Shown piece after piece: positions 47,188 to 57,459 of a stretch of 59,487 nt of DNA. Position numbers and translations under genes: made by a program. Source of the DNA: Deltaproteobacteria bacterium (lineage in GTDB: Bacteria > Desulfobacterota > Deferrimicrobia > Deferrimicrobiales > Deferrimicrobiaceae); NCBI GenBank assembly GCA_025356865.1, contig JANXQJ010000085.1, positions 1 through 59,487 of the forward strand, in the 5' to 3' direction. Position 1 is the stretch's first letter, and the number at the start of each line of letters is the position of its first letter. Under the pieces are notes generated by a model. That model ran no database searches. It saw nothing but the letters and a program-made list of their open reading frames with translations, and was not told the DNA's origin.

Positions 47188-48837
47188 ATGACTTTCAAGA
47201 AGATCGAGCGTACCGAATCGGCCTACGATTACCAGCTCCTGATCAAGCAGCTCCTGCAGGCCCCGTTGGTGAACGCACCGGACCAGGAGATCGTCTACCG
47301 CGGGACGCAGCGCTTCACCTACCGGGACCTCGCCTTGCGGATCCACCGGCTGGCGAATGCGCTGACCGCGCTCGGCGTGAAGCCGGGCGACACGGTCGCC
47401 GTCATGGACTACGACAGCCACCGGTACCTCGAGTGCTTCTTCGCGGTGCCGATGCTCGGCGCGGTGCTCCACACGATCAACGTGCGATTCTCCCCCGAGC
47501 AGATCCTCTACACGATCGACCACGCCGAGGACGACGTGCTGCTGGTCAACGCCGATTTCCTGCAGATCCTCGAGCAGGTCAAGGGGCGGATCGACACCGT
47601 CAAGCAGTTCGTGCTGCTGCAGGACGAGGACGCCAATCTGCCGAGGACGCACTTCGAGTTCGCCGGCGAGTACGAGGCGTTGCTGGCCGCGGCAGCCGAC
47701 CGGTTCGAGTTTCCCGATTTCGACGAGAACACGCGGGCGACGACGTTCTACACGACGGGGACGACGGGCCTTCCCAAGGGCGTCGCCTTCAGCCACCGGC
47801 AGCTTGTCCTCCACACCTTCGGCGTCCTGGCTTCCCTGGGCACCCCGGCGGTCCAGGGACGCTTCCACCGCGAAGACGTCTACATGCCGATCACGCCGAT
47901 GTTCCACGTCCACGCCTGGGGGATGCCGTACATCGCCACCACGATGGGCGTCAAGCAGGTCTACCCGGGCCGGTACGTGCCCGAGCACCTGCTCGAGCTG
48001 ATCGAGTCGGAAAAGGTCACCTTCTCCCACTGCGTCCCGACCATCCTGCACATGCTGATGAAATCGCCCAAGATCGACGAGGTCGACCTGTCGCGATGGA
48101 AGGTGCTGATCGGCGGGTCCGCGCTGCCGAAGTCGCTCTGCCTCTCCGCGATGAAGCGCGGGATCGACATCTTCTCGGGGTACGGGATGTCCGAGACGTG
48201 CCCGATCCTCACGATCGCGCACCTGCAACCCGGTGATCGGGGGCTTCCGGCCGAGGAGCAGGTCGAGATCCGGTGCAAGACCGGCGTCCCGATCCCGCTG
48301 GTCGAGCTTCGCACGGTCAACGACCGGATGGAGGATGTCCCGCGCGCGGGCGCTGCGGTCGGCGAGGTGGTCGTGCGCACCCCGTGGCTGACGCAGGGCT
48401 ACATGAAGGACACGAAGACATCCGAAAAACTTTGGGCGGGCGGGTGGCTGCACACGAACGACGTGGCGTGGATCGACGGGCAGGGCTACGTCAAGATCAC
48501 CGATCGCACGAAGGACGTCATCAAGATCGGCGGCGAGTGGATCTCGTCGCTCGAACTCGAAGACGTCATCTCGGCGCACCACTCGGTGGGCGAGGTCGCC
48601 GTGATCGGGATGCCGGACGACAAGTGGGGCGAACGTCCACTCGCGCTGGTCGTTCCCAAGCCGGGGCAGCGGGGAAAAGTGACCGCCAAGGAGATCGTGC
48701 ACCACGTCGTGGACTATTCCGACCGGGGGGTGATCGGGAAGCAGGTCGTCCTGGTCAAGGTGCGGTTCGTCGACGCGATCGACAAGACCAGCGTCGGCAA
48801 GGTGAACAAGGTCGCGCTGCGGGAGAAGTACCTGTAA
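47188..48837 (+). CDS. AMP-forming acyl-CoA ligase (long/medium-chain fatty-acid--CoA ligase family)
   Basis: 549-aa ORF with FYTTGTTGLPKGV, GYGMSET and DVIKIGGEWISS motifs. Confidence 0.85.
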   Translation: MTFKKIERTESAYDYQLLIKQLLQAPLVNAPDQEIVYRGTQRFTYRDLALRIHRLANALTALGVKPGDTVAVMDYDSHRYLECFFAVPMLGAVLHTINVRFSPEQILYTIDHAEDDVLLVNADFLQILEQVKGRIDTVKQFVLLQDEDANLPRTHFEFAGEYEALLAAAADRFEFPDFDENTRATTFYTTGTTGLPKGVAFSHRQLVLHTFGVLASLGTPAVQGRFHREDVYMPITPMFHVHAWGMPYIATTMGVKQVYPGRYVPEHLLELIESEKVTFSHCVPTILHMLMKSPKIDEVDLSRWKVLIGGSALPKSLCLSAMKRGIDIFSGYGMSETCPILTIAHLQPGDRGLPAEEQVEIRCKTGVPIPLVELRTVNDRMEDVPRAGAAVGEVVVRTPWLTQGYMKDTKTSEKLWAGGWLHTNDVAWIDGQGYVKITDRTKDVIKIGGEWISSLELEDVISAHHSVGEVAVIGMPDDKWGERPLALVVPKPGQRGKVTAKEIVHHVVDYSDRGVIGKQVVLVKVRFVDAIDKTSVGKVNKVALREKYL

Positions 48838-48899
48838 CCGCCCACGCCTGCCCCCTCCCGCGTAGCGAAGGGACCCGCGGCATCCGGGTCGCCTTTCGT

Positions 48900-49523
48900 T
48901 TACCGCCTTGTCGCGGCCGCGGCGTCCTCGATGCAGCGGCCGGAGAACTTTTCGACCGCGCGGCTCATCGCCTGCGCGAGGCCTCGGGCGCCGGCTTCCG
49001 CAAGCGGTTCCTCGAACCGGTAAAGTTTCTGGAACAGGATCCGCTCGGAAATCTCCTTTTGCGACAGGTCGAGCAACGTGACGGTCGCGGCGAAGGAGGC
49101 CGTGCGCCCCTTCCCGTTGTCGCGCTCCTCGAACGCTTCGAGGTGCCCCTGCAGCAGGAAGCGGACGGCCTGCGGGTCGCCATCCGAAAAGATGGCCGGG
49201 AAGGTTCCGCTGCGGCGGAAGTCGCGCAGCAGGAATCCAGAGACGAGCGCGCCCGGCGGAACGATCCACCGGTTGTAATAGTCGGTCTCCTGCCGGAAGG
49301 GTCCCGGCCGGTACGTCATCTGCGTGTTTTCGAACGTCGGGTCGGCGGAGAAATGGCCGACCCGCAAGGCCCCTGCGGCCGCCGATCGGCCTGGCGCTTG
49401 TGAGGGTGAAGCGTATTCGAGGACGAACCGCTCGCCGGGCTCCGGCGCCTTCGAATTCCGGAAGCATCCCGGCGCAAGCAGCGACAGGACGGTGACCAGA
49501 AGTACCGCGCGGTTTCGCATCAT
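48900..49523 (-). CDS. ABC-transport auxiliary lipoprotein (DUF330/YmbA/PqiC-like)
   Basis: Lipobox (LLAPGC). It is the last gene of the Mla/Mce-type operon. GGAGG lies 5 nt before the ATG at 49523; an alternative ATG at 49544 overlaps the mlaD stop. Confidence 0.6.
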   Translation of the reverse strand: MMRNRAVLLVTVLSLLAPGCFRNSKAPEPGERFVLEYASPSQAPGRSAAAGALRVGHFSADPTFENTQMTYRPGPFRQETDYYNRWIVPPGALVSGFLLRDFRRSGTFPAIFSDGDPQAVRFLLQGHLEAFEERDNGKGRTASFAATVTLLDLSQKEISERILFQKLYRFEEPLAEAGARGLAQAMSRAVEKFSGRCIEDAAAATRR

Positions 49524-49540
49524 CCATCCCTCCAGGTCAT

Positions 49541-50620
49541 TCATTGTCGATGCGGCGGCGGATTGCTGAAGAGCAGTTCGGACGGGGAATCCTTCAGCTG
49601 CTTCACCAATTCCCGGAGCTCGCTCGAGGTGCGCCGCAACTCGTCGACGGATTCCCGGGCGGCCGGGAGGAGCGTCCGCTGCTGTTCCTCGAACGATTCG
49701 GCGATGCGGGCGGCCGATTGTCCCGTCTCGGCCAGTTTCATCTCCCGGATTTCCTTCCGGGCGTCCGTCACGACCGTGCCGGCATCCGAGAGCAGCGTGC
49801 GGGCACCGGCGACCACGGTGCGGGCATCGGCGACCAGCGCCTTCGAATCGGCGATCAGCGCCCTGGCTTCCGCCGAGCGGTCGCCGAGATTCGCCTTTGC
49901 GACTTCGGCGTCCACCCGCGCGATCAGCCGCCCGAGCGACTCGGCGTCGGCTTCGGCGGCGTTGGCGATCCGGGTGAGCCGCTCATTGGAATAGACGTTG
50001 TCGAGTCGTGCGGCAAAGCGATCGAGCCGTGATGAGAGCCGCTCGAGATTTTCGATCACCCGGCGGGTTCCGGCCCCTTCGAACAGCCGTTCGGCGGATT
50101 CCCCCGTGGCCTTGACCTGCTCGGAGATGCCTTCGAAATCGACCTTGCTGATCTTGTCGACCACGTCCTCGACTTTCGTGACGACCTCCCGGATGGTGGA
50201 CGAACGGGAGGGCACGACCGGGTAACTGGTCTTGAAATCGATCTTCGACGGCACGGGCACTTCACCCGCTTCCAGGCGGGTCAGTTCGACGAAGACGATT
50301 CCCGTGATGCCGACCGATTTCAGCTCGGCGATCAGGTTCTTCCGGACGCCCTCGGCCAGGTCGATATTCATGAGCACTTCGATCAGCCGGTTGTCGGCCG
50401 CCACGCGGATCTCCTCGACCCGGCCGACCTCGACTCCCCGGTACTTGACGGGGGAGTCTTTCTGAAGCCCCTGGACCGATTCGTCGAAAAACGTGACGTA
50501 ACGGGTCCCTTTCTCGAAATAGCGGGAGGCGCCCACCCAGATGATCAGCGACGCGGCCAAGAGCGTGCCGAAGACGACGAAGAGTCCGACGATGACGTGT
50601 GAAGTTTTTCGTGCCATCAA
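49541..50620 (-). CDS. MlaD/Mce-domain substrate-binding protein with a long helical, repeat-rich C-terminus
   Basis: N-terminal TM followed by an Mce domain (YVTFFDESVQGLQKDSPVKYRGVEVGRVEEIRV). The C-terminal half contains repeats of the type ADxxxLVxDARTVV. Confidence 0.8.
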   Translation of the reverse strand: MMARKTSHVIVGLFVVFGTLLAASLIIWVGASRYFEKGTRYVTFFDESVQGLQKDSPVKYRGVEVGRVEEIRVAADNRLIEVLMNIDLAEGVRKNLIAELKSVGITGIVFVELTRLEAGEVPVPSKIDFKTSYPVVPSRSSTIREVVTKVEDVVDKISKVDFEGISEQVKATGESAERLFEGAGTRRVIENLERLSSRLDRFAARLDNVYSNERLTRIANAAEADAESLGRLIARVDAEVAKANLGDRSAEARALIADSKALVADARTVVAGARTLLSDAGTVVTDARKEIREMKLAETGQSAARIAESFEEQQRTLLPAARESVDELRRTSSELRELVKQLKDSPSELLFSNPPPHRQ

Positions 50621-50629
50621 GAATGCTCC

Positions 50630-51409
50630 TCAGTCCGGCGGTGCGAGGCGTCGGTTCAGGAAACCGGAGACCCGCGGGTCGGGCGAGATGTCCCGCAGGA
50701 CGCGCGGGTCGCCCTCTGCGATGATACCGCGGGCGACTGGGTCCAGGAAGATGACCCGGTGGGCGATCCGGAAGATCGAGTCGAGCTCGTGCGTGACGAC
50801 GACCATCGTGGTGTCCGTTTCCCGGTTGAGCGTCTCGATCAGCAGGTCGAGTTCGAGCGAAGTGACGGGATCGAGTCCGGCCGACGGTTCGTCGAAGAAC
50901 AGGAGCGGCGGGTCGAGCGCCATCGCCCGGGCCAGCGCCGCCCGCCGTTTCATCCCTCCGGAAAGTTCGGAGGGGAGGAGGTGACGGGCGTGGGCGAGGT
51001 TGACCAGCGACAGCTTTTCGATGATGACTTCGTCGATCTCGGCTTCGGACCGCGCCGTGTGCTCGGACAGGGGGAGGGCGATATTCTCTCCGACCGTCAT
51101 GGCGTTCAGCAGTCCGCCCGCCTGGAAGAGGACGCCGATCCTGCGTCGGACTTCGCGGAGCGCCGCGTCGCTCGCGGTGACGACGTTCTCTCCCAGCAGC
51201 CGGATGGTGCCCGCCATCGGCCGCTGCAGGCCGATCAGGTGGCGCAGCAGCGTCGACTTGCCGCACCCGTTTACGCCGAGGATGGCGAACATCTCCCCCG
51301 CACGCACCGTGAAACTGACATCCCGGAGCAGGACGCGGTCGCCGTGGCCGGCCGTAAGGCCATCGACCTCGATGACGGCGGTTCCCTTTTCGATTGCCGG
51401 CGCGGTCAT
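50630..51409 (-). CDS. mlaF: ABC transporter ATP-binding protein (MlaF-like)
   Basis: Walker A GVNGCGKST, signature LSGGMKRR, Walker B LLFFDEP. The ATG overlaps the mlaE stop (ATGA). Confidence 0.88.
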   Translation of the reverse strand: MTAPAIEKGTAVIEVDGLTAGHGDRVLLRDVSFTVRAGEMFAILGVNGCGKSTLLRHLIGLQRPMAGTIRLLGENVVTASDAALREVRRRIGVLFQAGGLLNAMTVGENIALPLSEHTARSEAEIDEVIIEKLSLVNLAHARHLLPSELSGGMKRRAALARAMALDPPLLFFDEPSAGLDPVTSLELDLLIETLNRETDTTMVVVTHELDSIFRIAHRVIFLDPVARGIIAEGDPRVLRDISPDPRVSGFLNRRLAPPD

Positions 51410-52269
51410 TGCCGGAGGTACTGCAGCGCCACGGCGAACATCGAGTCGGTGACGATGATGAGGAAGATGGCGGTGACGACGGCGGATGTGGCTGCGCTGC
51501 CCACCGCGTCGGCGCCTCCGCGGGCCCGGAAGCCCCGCTGGCAACCGACTGCCGAGATGAGCAGGGCGAACACCACCGATTTCACGAGACTCGTGACGAC
51601 CGAGAAGATCGAGAGCACCTTCTGCGATTCGGCCATCCAGGAACCGACCGTCAGGTCCAGCCCGACTACGCCGACGGCCAGGCCGCCCAGGATCCCGAAG
51701 AAGTCCGCGTAGAGGGTCAGGAACGGCACGACGACGATCATCGCCAGCACCTTGGGCACCACGAGGAAGCGCATCGGGTCGAACCCCATGGTGACGAGGG
51801 CGTCCACCTCCTCGTTGACGCGCATCGTCCCGATCTCGGCGGCGAACGCCGATCCCGACCGGCCGGCGACGAGGATGGCGGTCATGATGGGGGCCAGTTC
51901 CCGGACGATCGCGATCGCCACCAGGTCGGCCACGTAGATGTAGGCGCCGAACTGCCTGAGCTGCAGCGAGGACATGAAGGCGATGATGAGCCCCATGAGG
52001 AAACTGATCATCGCGACGATGGGAAGGCCGTCCGCTCCCGCCCGCCGCATGGTGTGAAGGACATCCGGCCACCGGATCGACGCGGGGCGAAGGAGGGCGC
52101 CGCCCGTTGCGATGAAGGTCTCCCCGAGGAAGGCGATTTCCTCGACGAAATCCTTCGAGATCTTGACGGTCTTCTGCCCCAGCTCGGAAAGGAAGCGGTC
52201 ATTGGCACGAGGCGCATCGGGACCGCATCCTCCTGCCGACCGTCTCTCCGCCTGTGGTTCCGGCTTCAT
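51406..52269 (-). CDS. mlaE: ABC transporter permease (MlaE-like)
   Basis: Polytopic ORF with an MlaE-like pattern (GADGLPIVAMISFLMGLIIAF...EVDALVTMGFDPMRFLVVPKVLA). The start was chosen at MKPEPQ (52269), 11 nt after the upstream gene. Confidence 0.8.
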   Translation of the reverse strand: MKPEPQAERRSAGGCGPDAPRANDRFLSELGQKTVKISKDFVEEIAFLGETFIATGGALLRPASIRWPDVLHTMRRAGADGLPIVAMISFLMGLIIAFMSSLQLRQFGAYIYVADLVAIAIVRELAPIMTAILVAGRSGSAFAAEIGTMRVNEEVDALVTMGFDPMRFLVVPKVLAMIVVVPFLTLYADFFGILGGLAVGVVGLDLTVGSWMAESQKVLSIFSVVTSLVKSVVFALLISAVGCQRGFRARGGADAVGSAATSAVVTAIFLIIVTDSMFAVALQYLRQ

Positions 52270-52280
52270 CCGAAAGGCCG

Positions 52281-53108
52281 CTACCGCCAGGTCACCTTCA
52301 ACGGATTCCGCTTGGGCGGCCTGTGGTACCGGACCGCGGGGGTGCCCAGCATCAATGCGTAATAGGGGAGATGCCCCTCGGGCAGCGCGAGCGCCTCGCG
52401 CAGCGGCGCCCACTGGTCGACGGCGATCTTGAACAGGCCGGCCCAGCAGCACCCCAGCCCGAAAGACGGCGCGGCGGCGTCGAGATGGGCGAGGCCGATG
52501 AACGCGTCGGCCGGCGCGGTCATCGCATCACGGTGGGCGTGCACGACGACCAGGTGCGGCGCGTTGCGGCAGATCGGGTCGTCGCCCGAATCCCAGAGTT
52601 TCGCCATCCCTTCGAAATCGAACCACGCCTTCATCGGGGAATCGCCCCTTGCCATATCGCGCATCCAGTCGACCGCGAGCCCGGTCAGGCGGCGAAGTTC
52701 GAGCGTGTCGTGGATGATCAGCCAGTGAAGCGACTGGGTATTGATACCGGTGGGCGCGAATCGGACGATGTCCATCAACTGTTCGATCGTTTCCCGTTCG
52801 ACGGGCGACTGCCGGTACTTCCGGATCGAGCGGCGCATCCGCAGATAGGCGCCGAGTTTCCCGGGTGCGATGACCGCGTCTTCCCCGGGCGCCGGGCAGG
52901 TGCGCGGGTCGAGGCGCGGGTCGTCGACCGCGATCGCCGCCGTTGGGCAGATCGCCTCGCAGTGCCCGCAGAGGTAGCAGCGCTCGGCGCCGCCTGCCAC
53001 GTACTGCGGCAGCCCGCTGTCGGGCAGCGTGATGACGCGGGCGGGGCAGTCGGCCGCACAGAGGTTGCAAAGGGTGCAACGCGATTCGATCACGGTCAGG
53101 CAGGGCAT
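52281..53108 (-). CDS. 2x[4Fe-4S] ferredoxin domain fused to a nitroreductase-family domain
   Basis: CTLCNLCAADCP and CYLCGHCEAICP, then RRSIRKY...PTGINTQS...CCWAG (nitroreductase fold pattern). Confidence 0.75.
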   Translation of the reverse strand: MPCLTVIESRCTLCNLCAADCPARVITLPDSGLPQYVAGGAERCYLCGHCEAICPTAAIAVDDPRLDPRTCPAPGEDAVIAPGKLGAYLRMRRSIRKYRQSPVERETIEQLMDIVRFAPTGINTQSLHWLIIHDTLELRRLTGLAVDWMRDMARGDSPMKAWFDFEGMAKLWDSGDDPICRNAPHLVVVHAHRDAMTAPADAFIGLAHLDAAAPSFGLGCCWAGLFKIAVDQWAPLREALALPEGHLPYYALMLGTPAVRYHRPPKRNPLKVTWR

Positions 53109-53168
53109 GATCGGTCCTCCTCGGGTGACGGAATGGGTGCTTTATTATAGAATAGCCGCGAGGTGAAC

Positions 53169-54362
53169 ATGGTGACGACAGCGCACGTCTTGCACAAGGG
53201 CGGTTTCCCGGAAGCGGCCCTGAAGACGACCTTCAGGTTCGCCGTCGCCCTGCTGCCGGTCGTCTTCCTCCTCTCCCTTTCCGCCTGCGGCAACAGCGAT
53301 CCCGTGGTCATCGGATTCCTCGGCGGGCTTTCCGGCAAGATGTCCGACATCGGCACGTACGGACGCGACGGCGCGATCCTGGCCGTGGAAACACGAAACG
53401 GCGCCGGCGGCATCGGCGGCCGCCAGGTGCTCCTCGATGTGCGGGACGACGGGCAGGACCCCGTGCGCGCGGCCGCGATGATGGATGAACTCGCCGACCG
53501 GGGCGCACTCGCGGTCGTCGGTCCCGTCACCAGCGCGATGGCGGTGGCCGCGGTACCCGTCGCAAACCGCCGCAAACTCGCGATGGTCAGCCCGACGGTG
53601 ACCACCGACGCCCTCTCCGGAAAAGACGACTACTTCATGCGGGTCGTCCCCTCGGTCGAGCGCATCTCGGCGCGGATGGCCGACCATCTATACGACCACG
53701 AGGGGCTCAGGTCCATCGCGACGATCTGCGACATGAACAACCGCGCCTACACCGAAAACTGGACCCTCCGGTTCAAGGAACGGTTCGAGTCGAAGGGGGG
53801 CCGCGTGGTCGCCTCCGAATCCTTCGTATCCTCCCCCGACCTCCTGTTCCTCCCGCTCGCGAAGAAACTTTCCGCCTCGGGCGCCGAGGCCATCCTGATC
53901 TCGGCCAACGCCGTCGATGCCGCCATGATGTGCCAGCAACTCCGCAAGATCGGCTGGAATAAACCGGTCGCCGTCGTCGAATGGGCATCCTCCGAAAAAT
54001 TCCTGAACCTTGGGGGAACATCGGTCGAAGGCGTATTCGTCTCCCAGTTCTTCGACCGGGAAAGCCGGCTGCCCCGCTATCTCGCTTTCGTCGAGTCGTA
54101 CCGGAAACGGTTCGGGGTCGATCCGGGGTTCGCATCGGTCCTCGGATACGATGCCGCCAACGTGGTGATGGACGCCCTCGCCCGGGGCGGGGGCAGGGGG
54201 GGCGCGTCCATCAAGGCGCAGATTCTCTCGTCCGGAATGCAGCAGGGACTCCAGAATGCGTTCTCCATCGACGCTTTCGGCGATATCGCCGCTTCCGCCG
54301 GTTCCGATCGGGACAACCACATCGCCGTGGTTCGCGGTGGCGCCTACCGGGTCATCCGGTAA
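53169..54362 (+). CDS. Lipoprotein solute-binding protein, Leu/Ile/Val-binding (Peripla_BP_6-like) family, with no cognate permease nearby
   Basis: Lipobox (LSLSACG). Type-I PBP pattern is present (VVIGFLGGLSGKMSDIGTYGRDGAILAVETRNGAGGIGGRQV). It ends 4 nt before the kinase gene. Confidence 0.75.
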   Translation: MVTTAHVLHKGGFPEAALKTTFRFAVALLPVVFLLSLSACGNSDPVVIGFLGGLSGKMSDIGTYGRDGAILAVETRNGAGGIGGRQVLLDVRDDGQDPVRAAAMMDELADRGALAVVGPVTSAMAVAAVPVANRRKLAMVSPTVTTDALSGKDDYFMRVVPSVERISARMADHLYDHEGLRSIATICDMNNRAYTENWTLRFKERFESKGGRVVASESFVSSPDLLFLPLAKKLSASGAEAILISANAVDAAMMCQQLRKIGWNKPVAVVEWASSEKFLNLGGTSVEGVFVSQFFDRESRLPRYLAFVESYRKRFGVDPGFASVLGYDAANVVMDALARGGGRGGASIKAQILSSGMQQGLQNAFSIDAFGDIAASAGSDRDNHIAVVRGGAYRVIR

Positions 54363-54366
54363 CCGC

Positions 54367-57036
54367 GTGACGACCATCCGGCCCAAGAGTCTTCGCGCCG
54401 TCCTGTTCTCCCGCTTCCTGCTCTCCGCAGTCATTCCCGTCGTCCTCGTTTCGATTTTGGCGTGCGGCTACCTGTGGCGCGAGTTTCTCGATGAGGCCGA
54501 ACGGAAAAACGAGATACTTGCCGGAACCGTGGCGCGGCAGGTCGACGTGTTCCTGCGCGAACCGGCCGGCATGCTGGCGCACGGCCGTTCCACGGTGCTC
54601 CGGTACGGGGGCGTCGGCGCCGGGAAACCGGTGGATGAGATGCTCGACATCCTCGTGCGCGACTCGGACCTGTTCGAAGGGCTTTACGTGGTCGACCGCA
54701 CTGGCCGGGTCGTCTCCGTGGGGTTGCGAAGCGGGACCGCCGCAGTACGCAAGGAACAGCTCGGAATCGACCTGTCTGGCAACGATTTCCTGATGGATGT
54801 CATCCGCACCGGGAAAGCGGCCTGGTCCGATTCCTGGCAGTCGCCTATCGGCGGGAAGGCGTTGCTCACGCTCTGCGTTCCGGTCGAAGGGGGCGCGCTG
54901 TTCGGGAATATCAACATCGCCCTGCTCGATCAAATCGCGAAGGGCGGAGACATATCCGGCATCGGCGTGGCGATCATCGATCGACGCGGCACCGTGCTGG
55001 CCCATTCCGACAAGGCGTTCGTCGGCCGCAGCGTCAACCTCCGAAAAATCCCGCTGGTGGCAACCGGACTTTCCGGCGCCGAGGCGACCGGAAGCTACCG
55101 GTTCGACGGGCGCCGGTATCTCGGCAGCGTGGCCAAGATCCGGGAACCCCGCTGGCTCGTTCTCGTTTCCCAGACCTTCCAGGCCGTGGTTGCGCCGGTA
55201 TGGGGCCTGCTTGCGATCTTTGCCGCCGGCTGGCTGATTGCCATCGCGTCGGCGATCTACTTTTCACGCCGCCAGGCGGGCCGTATTGCAGACCGGTTCT
55301 CCGCGCTTTCCGAGTGGACGGAACGGATCGCGAACGGCCATTACGACGGCGTACCGGAGGGCGAGCCGTTCATCGAAGTGCGCCGGCTGGCCGACGATTT
55401 CCGCGAGATGGCGGTCACGGTCGGCGATCGCGAGATCCGCCTGCGAGACAGCGCCCAGCGTTTCCAGGCGCTGTTCAACGGGGTTCGCGACGCGATCCTG
55501 GTGTGCGGGATCGACGGTGACGGGACGTTCGGAACGTATCTCGAGGCCAACGAATACGCCTGCAGGATGCTCGGGTACTCCCGCGAAGAACTCCTCTCGA
55601 TGACGGTGTTCGACCTGACGCAACCCGAGAGCCACGACGAGATCCGGGGCCGCGGAAAGTGTCTTGCCGCAGGGGAAAGTTACCTCCGCGAAACGATCTT
55701 CCTGGACAAGGAAGGGCGGGAGATCCCCGTCGAAGTGAACGCGGAGCGCATTTACCTGGGCGACCGGCACACGGTGCTTGCGGTCGTCCGGGATGTGGCC
55801 GAACGGAAGCGGGTCGAGCTGGAAAAAGAAGAGCTCGAGGCGAAGTTGCGCCAGTCCCAGAAACTCGAGGCGGTCGGGACGCTGGCGGGCGGGATCGCGC
55901 ACGACTTCAACAACCTGCTCCAGGTGATCTCGGGCTACACGGCGATGGCGCTCATGGATCTTCCGGCCGAAGGGCGGGTGTCAGCCAACCTGATGCAGGT
56001 CAAGGGCGCCGCCGAACGCGCAGGAGACCTGGTCGGGCGGCTGCTGGCGTTCAGCCGGAAGGAAAGCCCCAGGAGGCGGGCGTTCGGTCTTGCATCCGAG
56101 CTCGAAAGCGTGGTCCGGCTCCTCGAATTCACCATTCCAAAGATGATCGAGATCCGGACAACGATCCCGGCGGACCTGGCGGATATCGACGGCGATCCGA
56201 CGCAGATCAGCCAGGTCGTCGTCAACCTGTGCACCAACGCACGGGATGCCATGCCCGGGGGGGGCACGCTGGCGATCGAGGCGGAAAACATCCAGGTCGC
56301 CCCGGCGGATCCCTCGCGCCCGTCCGATTGCCCACCGGGCGGTTACATCGTCATCCGGGTTACCGATAACGGGTCCGGGATGGACGAGGCGACGCTGACC
56401 CGGATATTCGATCCCTTCTTCACGACCAAGGAGGTGGGCAAGGGGACGGGACTCGGGCTCTCGATCGTGCACGGGATCGTCAAGACGCACGGCGGGTGGA
56501 TTTCCTGCGAGAGCGAGCCGGGGAAGGGAACGACCTTCTCCGTCCATCTGCCGGTGGCGGCGGCGGGTGCCGAAGTGCGGGATGCCCCGGGGAAAACGGC
56601 GGGCGGGAAGGAAGCGGGCGCGGCCGGCGGCGACGGCCTCCCAATGGGGTCCGGGGGTCTCAATGGGCGCAAGGTCCTGATCGCCGACGACGAAACAGCG
56701 GTGCGCAAGCTGGCGGTGTCGATCCTCGAGATGAACGGGTATGTCGTCGATCCGGTTGCCACCGGCGAGGCGGCGCTCGAGCGGTTCCGGGCGGAAGGCG
56801 GTCGCTACGACCTGGTGATCCTCGACCTGGGGATGCCGGGAATGGGCGGCGCCCGGTGCCTCGAAGCGATCCGGAAGGAATCCCCCGGCGTTCGCGTGAT
56901 CGTTGCCAGCGGTTTCGTCCCCGATGGACAGGCGGCGCTGATCCGGGGATTGGGCGCGACGATCATCGGGAAACCTTATGGCGTCGGCGATTTCGAGGAC
57001 ACGGTGCGCCGGATCATGAATGAGCCGGCGGGATAG
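54367..57036 (+). CDS. Hybrid sensor histidine kinase (periplasmic Cache-like domain, HAMP, PAS, HisKA, HATPase, C-terminal receiver)
   Basis: GTG start, two TM segments flanking a ~280-aa extracytoplasmic domain, H-box [12 protein letters not shown]-boxes DNGSGM and GTGLGLS, and a receiver (VLIADDE...[13 protein letters not shown]). Confidence 0.88.
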   Translation: MTTIRPKSLRAVLFSRFLLSAVIPVVLVSILACGYLWREFLDEAERKNEILAGTVARQVDVFLREPAGMLAHGRSTVLRYGGVGAGKPVDEMLDILVRDSDLFEGLYVVDRTGRVVSVGLRSGTAAVRKEQLGIDLSGNDFLMDVIRTGKAAWSDSWQSPIGGKALLTLCVPVEGGALFGNINIALLDQIAKGGDISGIGVAIIDRRGTVLAHSDKAFVGRSVNLRKIPLVATGLSGAEATGSYRFDGRRYLGSVAKIREPRWLVLVSQTFQAVVAPVWGLLAIFAAGWLIAIASAIYFSRRQAGRIADRFSALSEWTERIANGHYDGVPEGEPFIEVRRLADDFREMAVTVGDREIRLRDSAQRFQALFNGVRDAILVCGIDGDGTFGTYLEANEYACRMLGYSREELLSMTVFDLTQPESHDEIRGRGKCLAAGESYLRETIFLDKEGREIPVEVNAERIYLGDRHTVLAVVRDVAERKRVELEKEELEAKLRQSQKLEAVGTLAGGIAHDFNNLLQVISGYTAMALMDLPAEGRVSANLMQVKGAAERAGDLVGRLLAFSRKESPRRRAFGLASELESVVRLLEFTIPKMIEIRTTIPADLADIDGDPTQISQVVVNLCTNARDAMPGGGTLAIEAENIQVAPADPSRPSDCPPGGYIVIRVTDNGSGMDEATLTRIFDPFFTTKEVGKGTGLGLSIVHGIVKTHGGWISCESEPGKGTTFSVHLPVAAAGAEVRDAPGKTAGGKEAGAAGGDGLPMGSGGLNGRKVLIADDETAVRKLAVSILEMNGYVVDPVATGEAALERFRAEGGRYDLVILDLGMPGMGGARCLEAIRKESPGVRVIVASGFVPDGQAALIRGLGATIIGKPYGVGDFEDTVRRIMNEPAG

Positions 57037-57045
57037 CGTCCCGTC

Positions 57046-57456
57046 CTAATACCCCTTCACGCCCGACGTCTTCAGGAACTCCGCATACCGCTGGTCTTCA
57101 CCTTCGATGTGCCCCTTCAGCCACAGCATCAGGAAGCCGAGCAGGTCGGTCGCGTCCGGTTCGCCGCCCGTCGCCTGCTTCCGGATCCGGCCGACCTGGG
57201 ACCGCATGAAGTCGTGCAGCACGCGGTGGGCTTCGAGGTCGGGATACCCTTTCCGCAGGAGCAACTCCTCTTCATAGTGCAGGTGGATGGCCGTGTACCG
57301 CTCCAGTTCCTTGAGGACGGATTCGGTCTGGTTGCCGGCCCCCTTGTTCCGGATGATGTCCTCGAGTTGCGCGATGAGTTCCAGCAGCTTCCTGTGCTGG
57401 GCATCGATGACCGACGACCCGACGCTCAGCTTCTCGTCCCAGGCGATTGCCGTCAT
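57046..57456 (-). CDS. Bacteriohemerythrin
   Basis: WDEKLSVGSSVIDAQHRKL...HLHYEEELL...HRVLHDFM...WLKGHIEGEDQRY. Confidence 0.88.
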   Translation of the reverse strand: MTAIAWDEKLSVGSSVIDAQHRKLLELIAQLEDIIRNKGAGNQTESVLKELERYTAIHLHYEEELLLRKGYPDLEAHRVLHDFMRSQVGRIRKQATGGEPDATDLLGFLMLWLKGHIEGEDQRYAEFLKTSGVKGY

Positions 57457-57459
57457 GTT

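Noticed and set aside
49700-49900. Tandem ~33-nt DNA periodicity, considered as a possible non-coding repeat array.
   Set aside because: It lies inside the MlaD-homologue coding frame and simply encodes repeated helical peptide units (ADxxxLVxDARTVV).
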